Source: an uncultured Phycisphaerales bacterium (lineage in GTDB: Bacteria; Planctomycetota; B15-G4; CAYZWU01). Taken from it: DNA of 64,000 bases. The stretch is from positions 65,818 through 129,817 of the forward strand of contig CAZIUL010000009.1 in the NCBI GenBank assembly GCA_964542475.1, given 5' to 3'. Position numbers and translations under genes: made by a program. The first letter of the stretch is position 1. Every line of letters begins with the position of its first letter. Positions 1 through 10,103 of the stretch are shown one piece after another. Below the pieces are notes generated by a model. That model had not been told where the DNA came from. It searched no databases and was given only the letters and a program-made list of their open reading frames with translations.

Positions 1-2650
1 TCGCAAGGACTTTTCCGGTGGAAGATACCTTGATCGTGTGTGCGCTCTCTATCATGATCTTTCCGCCGCCGGATCCGCCACCCGCACCATGCAGCCAACG
101 CGGCAGCTGAAAGGGCGGCTGGAAAGTCGTCTTGTATGTTCCTGTGAGCTCGATGCCTGAACCGCCTCCCCCGGCGCCACCCATAGATTCAGGCGGATAG
201 ATGATGAAAAGCGTACCGATGTCCGCACCGACAACATCCGTAACGAGGTCGTGGCCGTTCTTTAGCTCTTCAACTGTCAGTGTATCAGCGGTGTTGCCTG
301 TAATCCTGAAGATCCAGTCGTTGGTTGTATTCGGATCCGCATCATCATAGTTGGGATTGACTCGATAATCAACGAGGCCGTCAGGTGCCCACGAACTCAG
401 GTCGGCATCGATCTGGAGCTGTACAGGAGGAGTTACTGAAACCACGGTCCCGGTCAAAACGACGGGGTCGCCTCCTGGTCCGCCGACTGTCTCGTCAAAG
501 CTGTTGCCGCCCATGCTGATGCTGGCATCCCAGTAGGTGGCGCCGGCCACACCCGCTTCCGATCCACCGCCTCCGCCGCCACGACCGGCAGCGGCAAGCG
601 TCAATATGGTCTGGGCAACCGACAAAGGATCTCCGCCTTTCCCGCCCGGATCGAAAACAGTGCCGTCCTCCCCATCGCTGCCCCTGAGATATCCCACAAG
701 GTATGGGTCGCCCGCCTTGACAATGGGCGGAGGCGGAAAACCCGGATTCTTGGACTGATCCGTGAGCATCCCGCGATACAGCGCATGTTCCGTGTCGCTA
801 TAAACCCAAATCTTGTTTGGATCCACGTCATCGACCTTCTCGATGTAGAACGTGTTGTGGTTCGTTACGAAAACATCGTTGCCGTCGCCCATTCCAACGT
901 TCGGCTGGAGCATCTGGTTGACGATGAATGTTTCTATCGTGGAAAAATCCACATTTGTGTCCACGAGATAGTAATCCCCTATCTCTGTGCTGAGCCCGCT
1001 TACTCCCTCGAGATCCGGGTCCGTGGGGCTGCTGAACACGCCGCCGAAATCCCACTCAAGATCCAGGGTCTCGGGATCGCTGTCTGAAGGCACACATCCC
1101 CCCTGTCCTCCCATATAACCACCGGCATAGCACACACCACCCGTGGTACCATCCGGACCCGAGCTTATATCATCGCTCCCGCCCTGGCCGCCGTTCACTT
1201 CCACGGTCCCATCGATCTCAACATTACCGGTAACCAGAATGTTCAAGGCCGGGAAAGCGTCGCCGACTTTCGCTGCATCTGGAAGCGATTTCGGCTTGAT
1301 CGTCCAACCCGAAGGCACTTTGAAGTAGCTGAAGTTGTAGGTATAAGGTTCCCATACATTACCAGGAAAGATCTCCCAGGACGTTGGCAGATATACGATG
1401 TTGTTTGAGCCGTCGACAACAACACCCAGGTTAACATCCTGCGGGTAATCATCGGGTGGGAAAAACTTCCCGTCCGAACCGTCTCCTCCCCCGCCGCCGA
1501 GGGTCAGGTAACCTTCGTTCCCTTCTGCGTCCCAGTTGGCGGAAGTCGCGCTTGTGTCCTCGTAGTGTGAATTAATGAAGTCTTCCTCGATAGGATCTAA
1601 ATCCGGACTGCCGACAATCTGGAACAAACGCTCGTCATGTATTCCGTATGGATCATTGTTACACAGACCCTTGGTGTTGCCCGCAAGGTCGGACACGGTC
1701 CCGTCGGCGATCAGGTGGAGATACTCGCCCTGATTGAGTTCCGGAAGAGACTGCAGTTCATTGTGCGGCCAGAACTCCAGGTAAGTTTCGTATGGATCTA
1801 CCGAGTTCTTCACGAAAAGCCATGCGCCCGGAATGGATAAGGGTACGCCGTATTGATCGTAGTAAACAACATGCAGCGCATCCGATGTATGATCCGTTGA
1901 GTTTATCAGGTATATGCTTCCCCATGCGAGAAGAACCGGTTCGCTGTATCTGATTCTGAACATCGGCCCTGACTCAGGCAGGTCCTGGATTCCTATCTCA
2001 GGGATTTCGCCCTCCTTGACCAGCACCTCTCCACCATTGTCAATCAAGTAAAACTTTGGCTCGGGCCATTCAGGATTGGTGTAGAGATCATATATCGTAT
2101 CCGTTGTGATGAAAGCAACCGGCTTGCCCTTGGGTATGGAAACCTTCTTGCCGGAGGTTGATTTCACAACATTTTGATCCGGCGAAAGAGTGAACTTGAT
2201 CTCATAAGCCGCATGGTCCAGGAAACCAAAATCAGGGTTGCCCTCCGGAGTAAAGCTTGTAATAGGGACTATATAAAGAGTGGACTTGTTGACTACAAAC
2301 TCCACCGTGGCTCCGTGTCCTCCTCCCCAGTGGACAAGGTTATCCGGGTCATCACCGTCAGGCACGGTAATCGTTCTCACCTGGATTGAATTATGGTTGA
2401 CGGAGGCGGGATCGATATCATCGTTGAAATAGAGTATTACCGGAATGTTCACACCATCCAGCATTGGGAACTCGTTCGATGTGCCTGATCCGGTGGTGTT
2501 CCCGAAAATCTCGGAAAACCCGAAACCCGTCCCCTCGAATCCGAAATCTTTGTCACCACTGCCGCCTCCACCCCCACCGCCTCCGCAGGAAGCGAAACCC
2601 AAAAAAAGAAGCAACAATCCTAAGCCGGTAGCAAGTTTGGTCGTGTCCAT
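1..2650 (-). CDS. Giant predicted surface lipoprotein, paralogue A (N-terminal ~880 aa; continues beyond window start)
   Basis: Reverse-complement of 2560-2650 translates MDTTKLATGLGLLLLFLGFASCGGGGGGGG (signal peptide, lipobox Cys, poly-Gly). Frame stays open to position 1, and no minus-strand ORF in that frame appears in the track. The antisense plus-strand ORF 2445-2681 shows the complementary poly-Pro. Same architecture as 14477-18575 and 18668-21952. Confidence 0.55.
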   Translation of the reverse strand, partial: MDTTKLATGLGLLLLFLGFASCGGGGGGGGSGDKDFGFEGTGFGFSEIFGNTTGSGTSNEFPMLDGVNIPVILYFNDDIDPASVNHNSIQVRTITVPDGDDPDNLVHWGGGHGATVEFVVNKSTLYIVPITSFTPEGNPDFGFLDHAAYEIKFTLSPDQNVVKSTSGKKVSIPKGKPVAFITTDTIYDLYTNPEWPEPKFYLIDNGGEVLVKEGEIPEIGIQDLPESGPMFRIRYSEPVLLAWGSIYLINSTDHTSDALHVVYYDQYGVPLSIPGAWLFVKNSVDPYETYLEFWPHNELQSLPELNQGEYLHLIADGTVSDLAGNTKGLCNNDPYGIHDERLFQIVGSPDLDPIEEDFINSHYEDTSATSANWDAEGNEGYLTLGGGGGDGSDGKFFPPDDYPQDVNLGVVVDGSNNIVYLPTSWEIFPGNVWEPYTYNFSYFKVPSGWTIKPKSLPDAAKVGDAFPALNILVTGNVEIDGTVEVNGGQGGSDDISSGPDGTTGGVCYAGGYMGGQGGCVPSDSDPETLDLEWDFGGVFSSPTDPDLEGVSGLSTEIGDYYLVDTNVDFSTIETFIVNQMLQPNVGMGDGNDVFVTNHNTFYIEKVDDVDPNKIWVYSDTEHALYRGMLTDQSKNPGFPPPPIVKAGDPYLVGYLRGSDGEDGTVFDPGGKGGDPLSVAQTILTLAAAGRGGGGGGSEAGVAGATYWDASISMGGNSFDETVGGPGGDPVVLTGTVVSVTPPVQLQIDADLSSWAPDGLVDYRVNPNYDDADPNTTNDWIFRITGNTADTLTVEELKNGHDLVTDVVGADIGTLFIIYPPESMGGAGGGGSGIELTGTYKTTFQPPFQLPRWLHGAGGGSGGGKIMIESAHTIKVSSTGKVLA

Positions 2651-3013
2651 GAATACCTCTGGCAATGCCTCAAGTGGATAGTAAAGCCTCTATATTATGA
2701 ACTTACGCCTTCACGTTTTCATATGGAGCACAATAGTGTATCTTAATTCCATCAAAAGTAAAGGCGTCCTGTTAAGAGTGTTTTAGCCTGAAGGCAGATC
2801 CTGCAGGTTCGAAAGGCCCAAGCCACATTAAAACCTTAATGACTTTAATTTCAAAGAGTTAAAACGTACACTATCATATGGCTCGGGAGGTGAAGTATCG
2901 GTTCTTTAAGCCGTTTAAGCTATATAGCAATGTTACTACTAGATAGTATCATACTAAACCCTTGAACAAAACCGACTACCGTAAAAAAGATCCGCTGAAA
3001 ACAGGAGCAGACC

Positions 3014-4009
3014 ATGAAATGGATTCAAGCCGCGACCTTGTTGATACTGGTTGTATTGTTGGGTTGCGTCTGGTTGTTCTTTCAGAAGCTCGACAAGATG
3101 GATCAACGCCTGAAGAAAACGCTCAGCTCAACGGAAGTGGATGAACACATCGATGGCTTGAGAGAAAGAATTGCCGTGTTGCGCAGCGACACGAACAATA
3201 CAATCTCCGGAATCTACGACCAGATCTCCGCAATAGAAACAGGAAGCGGAAAGCAGCTGCGCGGTCCTAAAACACCGGGCTTCCTTCTAACGGACCTTGA
3301 GCGCTGGATTCATCTGAAAAAGGATGCGGCTATGGAGCCCGACAATGAAAAGGTGGCCAAGGACAAGATCGAGGAGACTATCAACGCGCTCTTAAAGCTG
3401 CATTCCGAGGGTGAAGAGGTCTTATCGCTGATCTTTGACCGCACCAAGTTAAACAGCGGTCCGAATGTCAGGGCCGCACTAATCAGGGACGTTCTCTGGA
3501 GGTTCGGGCCGGAAGCTGTGGATGGGCTAATGGAGCTGTTCATCGACCGGGAGTTTTCCAGCAACCTCAGGAACCTGGCAGCCGGTTCCGCGCTCAAGTC
3601 AGGGGGCAGAGAGGATGAGCTTCTCGATACCTTTGCCCGGCATCTTGAGGATCCCGAAGAGTTCATGACAATAAAAACGGGCCTTGTTCAAAACGTGTTC
3701 ATGGATCATCTCCACGAGCGAGTGGTGAAGCTCTTGATCGAAGGGGCACGGAATCCTCAATACCCACAGCCGCATCGTATCGCATGCCTGAAAGCCCTTG
3801 GCAGCTATGACCATCCTGAAGTGATCAAGGCGCTCGAAGAAATCATCTACATCGGTGAGGATCAGGTTTGGGTCGTCAACTGCGCTATCCAGTCTTATCA
3901 CAAGCTTATGGGTGAAAAAAGCCTCCCGTTCCTTGAAAAGCTGCTCGAGGAAGGCAGGGTGGACAACACCAACCGGGCGAAGATCAAGAATATCTTGGGC
4001 GAGTACTAA
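3014..4009 (+). CDS. Membrane-anchored HEAT/ARM-like repeat protein (N-terminal TM helix plus coiled coil)
   Basis: AGGAG 8 nt upstream of ATG 3014. Hydrophobic helix ATLLILVVLLGCVWLFF. Repeated alpha-helical LxxL units typical of HEAT-like repeats. Bidirectional terminator downstream. Confidence 0.5.
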   Translation: MKWIQAATLLILVVLLGCVWLFFQKLDKMDQRLKKTLSSTEVDEHIDGLRERIAVLRSDTNNTISGIYDQISAIETGSGKQLRGPKTPGFLLTDLERWIHLKKDAAMEPDNEKVAKDKIEETINALLKLHSEGEEVLSLIFDRTKLNSGPNVRAALIRDVLWRFGPEAVDGLMELFIDREFSSNLRNLAAGSALKSGGREDELLDTFARHLEDPEEFMTIKTGLVQNVFMDHLHERVVKLLIEGARNPQYPQPHRIACLKALGSYDHPEVIKALEEIIYIGEDQVWVVNCAIQSYHKLMGEKSLPFLEKLLEEGRVDNTNRAKIKNILGEY

Positions 4010-4073
4010 GGGGATCAGGCTTTAGGGCTTTAGGAAGAGTCCGACAGGTCAGGCAAGTCCGACAACAGTGTTA

Positions 4074-4149
4074 ATCCGCATATTTCATCCTCTCTGCCAC
4101 AACTCAGTTTACGGCACCTCGCGACGAAGAGTATGAAATAAGCGGGTTA
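4074..4149. repeat. Family-A palindromic intergenic repeat (compact copy): ccgcatatttcatcctct ... agagtatgaaataagcggg
   Basis: Inverted copies of the ~38-nt motif cccgc(a/t)tatttcat(c/a)ctcttc..gcggcaccgtaa flanking a 36-nt spacer. The right arm is identical to the left arm of the 12331-12510 copy. Confidence 0.7.
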
Positions 4150-4161
4150 AGAACCACGAAC

Positions 4162-4200
4162 AAAAAAAAACCCCGGATCCGAGTCCGGGGTTTTCTTTGT
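4162..4200. terminator. Bidirectional rho-independent terminator
   Basis: A9 run, then hairpin ccccggatccgagtccgggg, then T-rich run. Serves the convergent genes 3014-4009 (+) and 4228-4950 (-). Confidence 0.75.
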
Positions 4201-4227
4201 GTGTGTTGAATTTTCAAATACTGCGGA

Positions 4228-4950
4228 TCAGTTGCAGCACGTCCAGATTCCGGTATCGATTGCCGGGTTCGGGCTGCCGCTGATGGACAGGTTGTCGGAC
4301 ATTAGTCCGGCACCGCCGTTTTCATAAGCAGCCAGTCCGGCGGGAACAGCGGTCAAGCTGGTGTACTGCTGGATCTGGTTGCTCGTCTGCAGCACGTCAC
4401 CGCGATGGTTGCTCATGAACGCCCTGTTACCGCTGTTGCCGCGCGATATCGGCCATGCGTAGCATGCCCAGAAGTCCTCCGACGGGTCGCAGCCGCCTGG
4501 AACCGCAGCCCACCCTTGAGCAGCGCCGCCGTCTCCACCGTTCGGTTGCTCCGGATAAGGGAGACAGGCGCTATCGGGAATGTACATCAGGAAGTAGTAA
4601 CCCGACTTGTTCACGTAGCCGTTTCCATCGACAATACCCAGCGAGGATGAAAGTACGGCAGGGCTCAGCAGCACAGCGGGTGAGGCTGCGTCGCACCTGA
4701 TGGTAACCGTACCCGCCATTTCAGCGAAATAGCCGTACTCACCGATGCCGTCCATGTCCACGTCGATCGCCACCTGGGAATGAACCTGTGATTGTGCGGA
4801 AATCACGTTCCTCAGGGTTGCAATCGCTGCGGATTCGTTGGTGTTCAACCGCGCTGACAGAAGGTTGGGAATGGCAATGGATGCAATAATCGCGATGATC
4901 GCCACAACAATCATCAACTCAATCAAAGTAAAACCCCTATTCTTCCTCAC
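4228..4950 (-). CDS. Type IV pilin / pseudopilin with prepilin-type N-terminal methylation motif (240 aa, unusually large; C-terminal CC pair)
   Basis: N-terminus (V/M)RKNRGFTLIELMIVVAIIAIIASIAIP is the class III signal with a G-F cleavage site and Glu+5. GTG start with AAGGAGAG SD 7 nt upstream. A prepilin peptidase is encoded nearby. Confidence 0.8.
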   Translation of the reverse strand: MRKNRGFTLIELMIVVAIIAIIASIAIPNLLSARLNTNESAAIATLRNVISAQSQVHSQVAIDVDMDGIGEYGYFAEMAGTVTIRCDAASPAVLLSPAVLSSSLGIVDGNGYVNKSGYYFLMYIPDSACLPYPEQPNGGDGGAAQGWAAVPGGCDPSEDFWACYAWPISRGNSGNRAFMSNHRGDVLQTSNQIQQYTSLTAVPAGLAAYENGGAGLMSDNLSISGSPNPAIDTGIWTCCN

Positions 4951-5044
4951 AGTAACTCTCCTTAACTAAATTCCCCAGAAATATATTTCTATACACAGTT
5001 GCATTCATCAGCCAGATTCATTGTTCCCTGTTCTGCGAACGGCT

Positions 5045-5707
5045 TCACATCCATTTCTTTTCCAAAAACCTCAGTTCGTACCCGCTTCTGTAGCTGAGGA
5101 TACGCTCGTACAGTTTTTGGAATGTAGTCTGGTCATCGAACAGATCTTCCCAATTAACTTGAAACGCCGGACCAAAGACCCCTGTTTCCAAGGCTATATC
5201 CATGTTTTCCTCAAAACACCTATCGTCATCGAGCATGAGTGAACTTAAGGCAATAATTAATCTTGATGCGACGTTTTCACCAAAAAACTCGAGATTAAGC
5301 CGAGCATAGCGTCTTGCATCGAAATATCGGCTGGTCTTCAGCGCAAGCCTGCTTATTGTATCGAGAAGAGCTCTTTCGATCTCAGGATGCCCCCCGGCCA
5401 GCGGAAAAGCCTTTTCGTAAGCTGCAAGAGCCTCGCCTGCATTGCCGGATTCGCTCCGGATATAAGCCTTCATCAGAATAGCGTAGAGGTTCTCAGGATC
5501 ACGCCTGAGGATCTCCTCGATGTTTTTTTCGGCAGCACCGATCTTCTTGATGGTCATGTTGATGGCAAGCGAAGCCTCGAGATCCCCAAGGCTCATCTGA
5601 GGCGCGGGTTCATAGACAAAACCAGCCATAAGAATGGTGACACAAACAGCTGCGCCCGCTGTGTAGAGTACAAATCGGCCCCAGAATCCGTTTCTTTTAT
5701 CATCCAT
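5045..5707 (-). CDS. Membrane-anchored TPR-like protein (possible T4P accessory)
   Basis: The ORF as given overlaps the pilC 3' end, so the likely start is the internal ATG (MDDKRNGFW) at 5707. One TM helix (FVLYTAGAAVCVTILMAGFV) followed by an alpha-helical TPR-like region (AYEKA...). Same strand and tight spacing with pilC. Confidence 0.45.
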   Translation of the reverse strand: MDDKRNGFWGRFVLYTAGAAVCVTILMAGFVYEPAPQMSLGDLEASLAINMTIKKIGAAEKNIEEILRRDPENLYAILMKAYIRSESGNAGEALAAYEKAFPLAGGHPEIERALLDTISRLALKTSRYFDARRYARLNLEFFGENVASRLIIALSSLMLDDDRCFEENMDIALETGVFGPAFQVNWEDLFDDQTTFQKLYERILSYRSGYELRFLEKKWM

Positions 5708-5720
5708 GACGCATTTATCC

Positions 5721-6953
5721 TCAACCGCCTTTCGAGAGAGTTTCCTGCAGCTTGAATATGGGCAGGAACACGGCAAGCACGATTCCACCCACTATGAATC
5801 CCATGACTCCGATCATCAATGGCTCGATCAACGATGTCAGGCTTTTCACCTGGGCGGATACCTGCTCGTCGTAAAAGCAGGAGATCTTCTCGAGCAGTTC
5901 CTCCAGCGAGCCGGACTTTTCACCGATGCTGATCATGCGCGTTACCATGGGCGGAAAAACCCAGCTCTTCGAAAGCGGATCCGACAGCGTGTTTCCGTTT
6001 CTCACGCTCTCCTTCGCCTCGGATACGGCATCGAATATGATGCTGTTTCCTGATGTGGCAGCCACTATGTCGAGCGAGCCCAGTATCGGAACTCCGCTTT
6101 TGATCAGGGTTGAGAACGTTCTGCTGAAACGGGAAAGGGCAACCTTCCTGAAGAGAGGGCCAAAGACCGGAGACTTGAGAAACAGCCAGTCCAGCATGCG
6201 CGATCCTCTCTTTGTCCGTTTGAAAGCACCAAGCACAAAAAACACGGCAAGCGCGCCACCGCAATAGATATACCAGTTGTCCTTCAGGGTTTCCGATACG
6301 TTGAGCACTCCCTGTGTAATTCCCGGCAGCTCGATATCAAGGTTCTCGAAAACGGGTTTGAACGAAGGCACAACCCCGATCATCAAGAACATCGTGATCC
6401 CTAGGATAAGGACAAGCGAAACAACCGGGTAGGTCATTGCCGACTTGATCTCCCGCTTCAACCTGGCAGCGGCTTCGAGATACTCGGCCAGGCGCACCAG
6501 GATCTCGTCGAGCTGACCCGAAACTTCGCCGGCGCGAACCATGTTCACGTAGATGTTCGAGAAACAGTTCGGAAAGTTGCTCAAGGCCTTGGACAGGTCG
6601 CTGCCTGTACGGATATCCTCCGCAACACGCTCAAGAACATTCGAAAAACGCGGATTCTCCGTCTGGCCCACAAGGATATCCAGGGCATCCATGAGCGTGA
6701 TCCCGGCTGTGATCATTGTCGAAAGCTGCCGGGTAAAAACAACGAGCTCGTCCTTTCTCGGTTTTCCGGGCTTCTTGCTGGTTCTTCTTTTCGAACCCAG
6801 TTGCCCGCCCTTCGTGGAAGCCTTGGAAATGTTCATGGCCATCAGGTTCTTTTTTCGAAGTTCGCCGATAACATCGGACTCGCCTGTGGCATCAATCACT
6901 CCCTTGACCGTGTTCCCTTCGGGATTCTTCGCAATGTACTTGTAACTGGCCAT
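5721..6953 (-). CDS. pilC: Type IV pilus assembly platform protein PilC (GspF family)
   Basis: 410 aa. Duplicated GspF domains, three TM segments, canonical PilC N-terminus (YKYIAKNPEGNTVKGVIDA). 4 nt downstream of pilB. Confidence 0.9.
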   Translation of the reverse strand: MASYKYIAKNPEGNTVKGVIDATGESDVIGELRKKNLMAMNISKASTKGGQLGSKRRTSKKPGKPRKDELVVFTRQLSTMITAGITLMDALDILVGQTENPRFSNVLERVAEDIRTGSDLSKALSNFPNCFSNIYVNMVRAGEVSGQLDEILVRLAEYLEAAARLKREIKSAMTYPVVSLVLILGITMFLMIGVVPSFKPVFENLDIELPGITQGVLNVSETLKDNWYIYCGGALAVFFVLGAFKRTKRGSRMLDWLFLKSPVFGPLFRKVALSRFSRTFSTLIKSGVPILGSLDIVAATSGNSIIFDAVSEAKESVRNGNTLSDPLSKSWVFPPMVTRMISIGEKSGSLEELLEKISCFYDEQVSAQVKSLTSLIEPLMIGVMGFIVGGIVLAVFLPIFKLQETLSKGG

Positions 6954-6956
6954 GCA

Positions 6957-8726
6957 TTACTCCTTTTGAGCCGGTATCACATTCCCGTCATGACTGTTGG
7001 CAGCCATTTCATCCTCGGCAGGCACTTCATCCCCCATGGTCACCCTGAGAACCTCTTCCATCGATGTTTTGCCGCGCATGACATTGAGCATTCCGCAGCG
7101 CCTCAAGGTCATCATGCCGTCCTTGAGTGCGGCCTGCTTGATATCGATGGCGGATTTACCGTCGATAACCAGCCGCTTGACCCGTTCTGTAACCGGCAGC
7201 GTTTCCAGCAGTGCGAAGCGGCCCTTGTACCCCCCGTTGCACCGGTTGCAGCCCACGGCCCTGTAAACAGTCCCCTCTTCTGCCTCTTCTTCCGTCAAAC
7301 CGTTGGATATCAGCCGCTCGGCGGGCACATCAATCCGCTCCTTACACGAGGAGCACAATACCCTTGCCAGCCGCTGAGCAGCCACGAGGAGCACAGAAGA
7401 TGCGACCATGAACGGATCAAGACCCATGTCTATCATTCGTGTAATGGTTGAGGCCGCGTCGTTGGTGTGCAGAGTGGAAAGCACGAGGTGGCCGGTCAAA
7501 GCCGCCTTTACGGCTATCTCCACTGTTTCCGAGTCGCGGATCTCGCCGACCAGGATCACATCCGGATCCTGACGCAGTATTGAACGCAGCGCTCCGGCAA
7601 AGGTCATGCCCCGCTTGGCATTGACAGGCACCTGATTGATGCCTTCGAGCTGGTACTCGACCGGGTCTTCAACCGTAACGAGGTTTATCTCCGGGTTCCA
7701 TATCTCCTTTACCGCCGAATAAAGCGTTGTGGATTTCCCGGATCCCGTGGGTCCGGTGATCAGTATCATGCCGTACGGCTGCTTTATGGAATATCTGTAG
7801 TTGTCCAGGGCCTTCTTCTCGAACCCGAGGTTTTCGAGGTTCAAGGTAAGATTGGAAACGTCCAGAAGCCTTAGTACAACCTTTTCTCCATGCACGACAG
7901 GAAGTATCGATACCCGAAAATCAACCTGACGATTCTCGACCTTCACCTGAAACTTACCGTCCTGCGGTCTCCGCTTTTCAGCAATATCCAGGGAAGCCAT
8001 GATCTTGAGCCGCGAGACGATCGAATTCTGCATCGCTCTCGGAGGGCTCATGACCTCTTTCAAAACACCATCCTGGCGGTAGCGCACAACTATCTTCTTC
8101 TCGAACGGCTCGATGTGTATGTCGGACGCACGGTCACGGATGGCGTTTGCCACTATCAGATTCACAATACGGACTACAGGAGAGCCTTTCTCGGAGATAT
8201 CGAGATCCAGCTCATCGCCCTTCTCATGCTCCTCGTTTATCTCGACATCCACATTATTGATGTTGTCGAGAATGCTGGCCATCCTCTCCTCGTCATCACT
8301 GAAAGCCTTTTTTATGATCTCGTTGATCGACCTTTCCGAGGCGACAACAGGGCGCAGCTCGCAGCGGGTCAGGATGCAGATGTTGTCCATTTTGAGAATG
8401 TCGAACGGATTCGCCACAGCGAGGGTCAGGAAGTTGCCTATCTTCGCTACCGGAAAAACCACGTACTCCTCAGCCATCTTCTGTGGAATGAGGTTGAGAA
8501 GGCTGTCGTCCGCTGATAGACGCTCCGTGTCGATCGGCGGGAAGCCGCTCTCGCTGGCCAGGATCCCTATCAGCTCCTTTTCTTCGATCTTCCCGGCATC
8601 AACGAGGGCCGAGGCAAGGGACTTTTCCTGGCCCTGTGCGGTTTCCAATGCTTCGGAAATCACATCTTCTGAAAGGCTGGCTCCTTTGATCAGAACCGAG
8701 CGTACTTTGTTGTTGAAAGTGGACAT
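6957..8726 (-). CDS. pilB: Type IV pilus assembly ATPase PilB (GspE family)
   Basis: N-terminal GspE_N-type domain. Walker A ITGPTGSGKSTTLYS, Asp box, His box. C-terminal tetra-Cys zinc motif CSSCK...CNRCNGGYKGRFA. Confidence 0.9.
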   Translation of the reverse strand: MSTFNNKVRSVLIKGASLSEDVISEALETAQGQEKSLASALVDAGKIEEKELIGILASESGFPPIDTERLSADDSLLNLIPQKMAEEYVVFPVAKIGNFLTLAVANPFDILKMDNICILTRCELRPVVASERSINEIIKKAFSDDEERMASILDNINNVDVEINEEHEKGDELDLDISEKGSPVVRIVNLIVANAIRDRASDIHIEPFEKKIVVRYRQDGVLKEVMSPPRAMQNSIVSRLKIMASLDIAEKRRPQDGKFQVKVENRQVDFRVSILPVVHGEKVVLRLLDVSNLTLNLENLGFEKKALDNYRYSIKQPYGMILITGPTGSGKSTTLYSAVKEIWNPEINLVTVEDPVEYQLEGINQVPVNAKRGMTFAGALRSILRQDPDVILVGEIRDSETVEIAVKAALTGHLVLSTLHTNDAASTITRMIDMGLDPFMVASSVLLVAAQRLARVLCSSCKERIDVPAERLISNGLTEEEAEEGTVYRAVGCNRCNGGYKGRFALLETLPVTERVKRLVIDGKSAIDIKQAALKDGMMTLRRCGMLNVMRGKTSMEEVLRVTMGDEVPAEDEMAANSHDGNVIPAQKE

Positions 8727-8764
8727 TTCGCCTGCAGGTCTACCTCATATCGAAAAACACGCTT

Positions 8765-9829
8765 TTAATGATGCGTCAACATCCGTTCCAGCTCATCGGT
8801 TTCCGTTGTATGTGACATGGCATCTTCGTATGTAATCTGGTTGCTGTTGTACAAGTTCGCCAAAGACTGATTCATCGTTACCATTCCAAACCTGTGGTTG
8901 GTCTGGATTATGCTGTATATTTGGTGGGCCTTGTCGTCACGAATAAGCGCCTTGACAGCAGGATTGGTCAGCAGGACCTCTGCTGACAGAATTCTTCCCT
9001 TGGCATTGGCCGCGGGCAGAAGCTGCTGACAAAATACTCCTGCCAGCGTAAAGGAAAGCATTGTCCTTATTTGCTGTTGCTGGTAATCAGGGAACACATC
9101 CACGATCCGGTTGATTGTCTGAACGGCATCTGAAGTATGAAGCGTTGCCAGGGTCAGGTGCCCTGTTTCCGACAGTGTCAAAGCCGCTTCGATTGTTTCG
9201 AGATCGCGCATCTCGCCGACCATGACAACATCGGGATCCTGCCTAAGCACCGAACGCAGCGCCTTCTTGAAGGCATGCGTGTCCGAGCCCACTTCCCTCT
9301 GGGTTATCAGCGCGTTCTTGTTCTGGTGCAAAAACTCGATCGGGTCCTCGATGGTCACTATGTGACAGCGCCTTTTCGCGTTGATCTGATCCAACATGGC
9401 AGCCAGCGTCGTGGACTTACCGGAACCTGTCGCCCCGGTAACGAGAATGAGGCCTTTTGGGAGGTTGCACAGGTTTTCGCAAACCTTGCGCGGCAGCCCA
9501 AGGTCATCGAAGTTATCGATCCTGTACGGTATGACCCGCAAAACCGCTCCGACGGCACCGCGCTGCACAAAAACGTTCGTTCTGAAACGGCCGAGCCGCT
9601 GCAGCCCGAAGGAAAAATCCAGTTCCAGCTCCTTTTCGAACTTTGCGATCTGATCGGAGGTCAATATCGAATAGATAATCGACTTCGTGTTCTCCGGCAT
9701 CAGAACATCGTACTCCGTGTTCTGAAGCACTCCGTTGATTCTCAGCTTTGGTGGTGACCCGGCAGCAATATGAAGATCCGATCCTCCCCTTTGAGTCAAC
9801 ACTTCAATCAGCTCTTGCATACTCAACAT
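8765..9829 (-). CDS. pilT: Twitching-motility (retraction) ATPase PilT
   Basis: 354 aa. Walker A VTGATGSGKSTTLAAM. PilT-type AIRxLIRE-like segment ALIRDDKAHQIYSIIQT. Immediately upstream of pilB. Confidence 0.85.
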   Translation of the reverse strand: MLSMQELIEVLTQRGGSDLHIAAGSPPKLRINGVLQNTEYDVLMPENTKSIIYSILTSDQIAKFEKELELDFSFGLQRLGRFRTNVFVQRGAVGAVLRVIPYRIDNFDDLGLPRKVCENLCNLPKGLILVTGATGSGKSTTLAAMLDQINAKRRCHIVTIEDPIEFLHQNKNALITQREVGSDTHAFKKALRSVLRQDPDVVMVGEMRDLETIEAALTLSETGHLTLATLHTSDAVQTINRIVDVFPDYQQQQIRTMLSFTLAGVFCQQLLPAANAKGRILSAEVLLTNPAVKALIRDDKAHQIYSIIQTNHRFGMVTMNQSLANLYNSNQITYEDAMSHTTETDELERMLTHH

Positions 9830-10103
9830 GTTGAACTCCCCAATCCCATTCTCTACAGAACAAATTCCCGCATTTCACGGAAACATGCGATGACTTCCAC
9901 AAAAGAAGATTTATAGAATATATCGAGATTCTTCGAGCCCAAGTTGAGAGGAATGATTTCCAGTATTACTAAAGTTCGGCAGGAATTGGGGTTGGCATTC
10001 GGGATCGGGGTCGGGAAGGGCACGTCAAGGGGTGCACACGCGGGCGCGCCCCTGCGCGATCAACGTAATATTGACATTATTCGTGTTGGGGCACAGGGAG
10101 CGG

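Noticed and set aside
2445-2681. Plus-strand ORF with a PPPPPPPPP run (similar: 15405-15677, 18276-18554 with poly-Pro; 18309-18524 with poly-Arg)
   Set aside because: These are antisense translations of the (GGN)n poly-Gly-coding tracts of the giant lipoprotein genes, not independent genes.
4951-5044. Possible sigma-54 promoter (TGGCTG-N-TGCA) upstream of the pilin gene
   Set aside because: The GG-to-GC spacing is 9 nt, not the required 10, and there is no adjacent enhancer-binding-protein gene. Not convincing.
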